Positions 44,498 through 44,883 of a stretch of DNA of 44,883 bases are shown in pieces. Origin of the DNA: Escherichia phage EEc2; the sequence record ON210144.1. One strand, 5' to 3'. Both the position numbers and the translations under genes were made by a program. How positions within the stretch are numbered: the stretch's first letter is position 1; the number at the start of each line of letters is the position of its first letter. The notes beneath the pieces were generated by a model, which was not told where the DNA came from, searched no databases, and saw nothing but the letters and a program-made list of their open reading frames with translations.

Positions 44498-44647
44498 ATG
44501 CCATTAATCAAATCAGTTAAGCAAAGTGCTGTACGCCAGAACACAGAAGAACTTATTCAATCAGGACGTGACCCTAAGCGAGCCTATGCGATTGCCAAGG
44601 ATGTACAACGTCGTGCTATGAAGAAACCTTCTGCATCTTCTGCGTAA
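44498..44647 (+). CDS. Hypothetical small basic protein near right end (49 aa)
   Basis: AGGAAG SD; translates MPLIKSVKQSAVRQNTEELIQSGRDPKRAYAIAKDVQRRAMKKPSASSA. Confidence 0.35.
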   Translation: MPLIKSVKQSAVRQNTEELIQSGRDPKRAYAIAKDVQRRAMKKPSASSA

Positions 44648-44717
44648 GCAGGTTAATATCTTAGTGTACACAAGGGCAGACCTAGGTTTGCTCTTAGTGT
44701 AATCCAAAGGAGGTAAC

Positions 44718-44846
44718 ATGCTGAAAGATGGTTGGGTTTCATATGACCCTACAGACCCTACGAATTGGCTACAGGTTATCGCTATAGCTTGTGCAGGTAG
44801 CCTATTGGCTGCCATGATGTATTCATTATGGATGTACACAAAGTAA
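44718..44846 (+). CDS. Hypothetical small membrane protein near right end (42 aa)
   Basis: Strong SD AAAGGAGG; translates MLKDGWVSYDPTDPTNWLQVIAIACAGSLLAAMMYSLWMYTK with one hydrophobic segment. Confidence 0.4.
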   Translation: MLKDGWVSYDPTDPTNWLQVIAIACAGSLLAAMMYSLWMYTK

Positions 44847-44883
44847 CCAAAATCAAAATTTTGATATAGGCGTGTGTCAGCTC

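Noticed and set aside
1-44883. Direct terminal repeats expected for a T7-like genome
   Set aside because: The first 80 nt are not repeated at the right end of the window, so a terminal repeat cannot be confirmed; the window may carry one copy or be trimmed.
1-44883. tRNA or other structured RNA genes
   Set aside because: No cloverleaf-like region was found by eye in the intergenic gaps, which are short and occupied by promoters, hairpins and palindromes; a tRNA scan would be needed to be sure.

Overview
This 44.9-kb window reads as an essentially complete, co-linear genome of a T7-supergroup podophage of the SP6/K1E-like type; the family assignment is from promoter sequence and gene order, not from a database search. 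All convincing genes are on the + strand. Order: a non-coding left end with a dense CTTAGT(G) repeat array; early genes including a clear Ocr (T7 gp0.3) DNA-mimic homolog; a single-subunit RNA polymerase (3338..5965) followed by a UUCG-tetraloop terminator; two tandem phage promoters flanking a structured purine-rich tract (candidate replication origin); a DNA-metabolism block (primase-helicase, family-A DNA polymerase, putative SSB, 5'-3' exonuclease, endonuclease VII, metallophosphoesterase, ATP-dependent ligase, HNH endonuclease, GNAT acetyltransferase); a structural block (portal, scaffold, capsid, tail tubular A/B, three internal virion proteins, tail-fibre adaptor); holin, small and large terminase; then a late accessory block with three tandem paralogous small genes, an M15 endolysin, overlapping spanins and two beta-helix tailspikes. 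Twelve copies of an SP6-like promoter (consensus ATTTACTGGACACTATAGAAG) and four hairpin-plus-U-run terminators are visible. The most unusual signals are the paralog triplet whose third copy is split by a +1 frame change at a TTTT run, a six-copy perfect palindrome family sitting just 3' of stop codons, and the phased repeat array at the left end. Product calls rest on motifs I recognise by eye and on synteny with T7; starts were chosen by Shine-Dalgarno context and several differ from the ORF track, which uses GTG/TTG starts.
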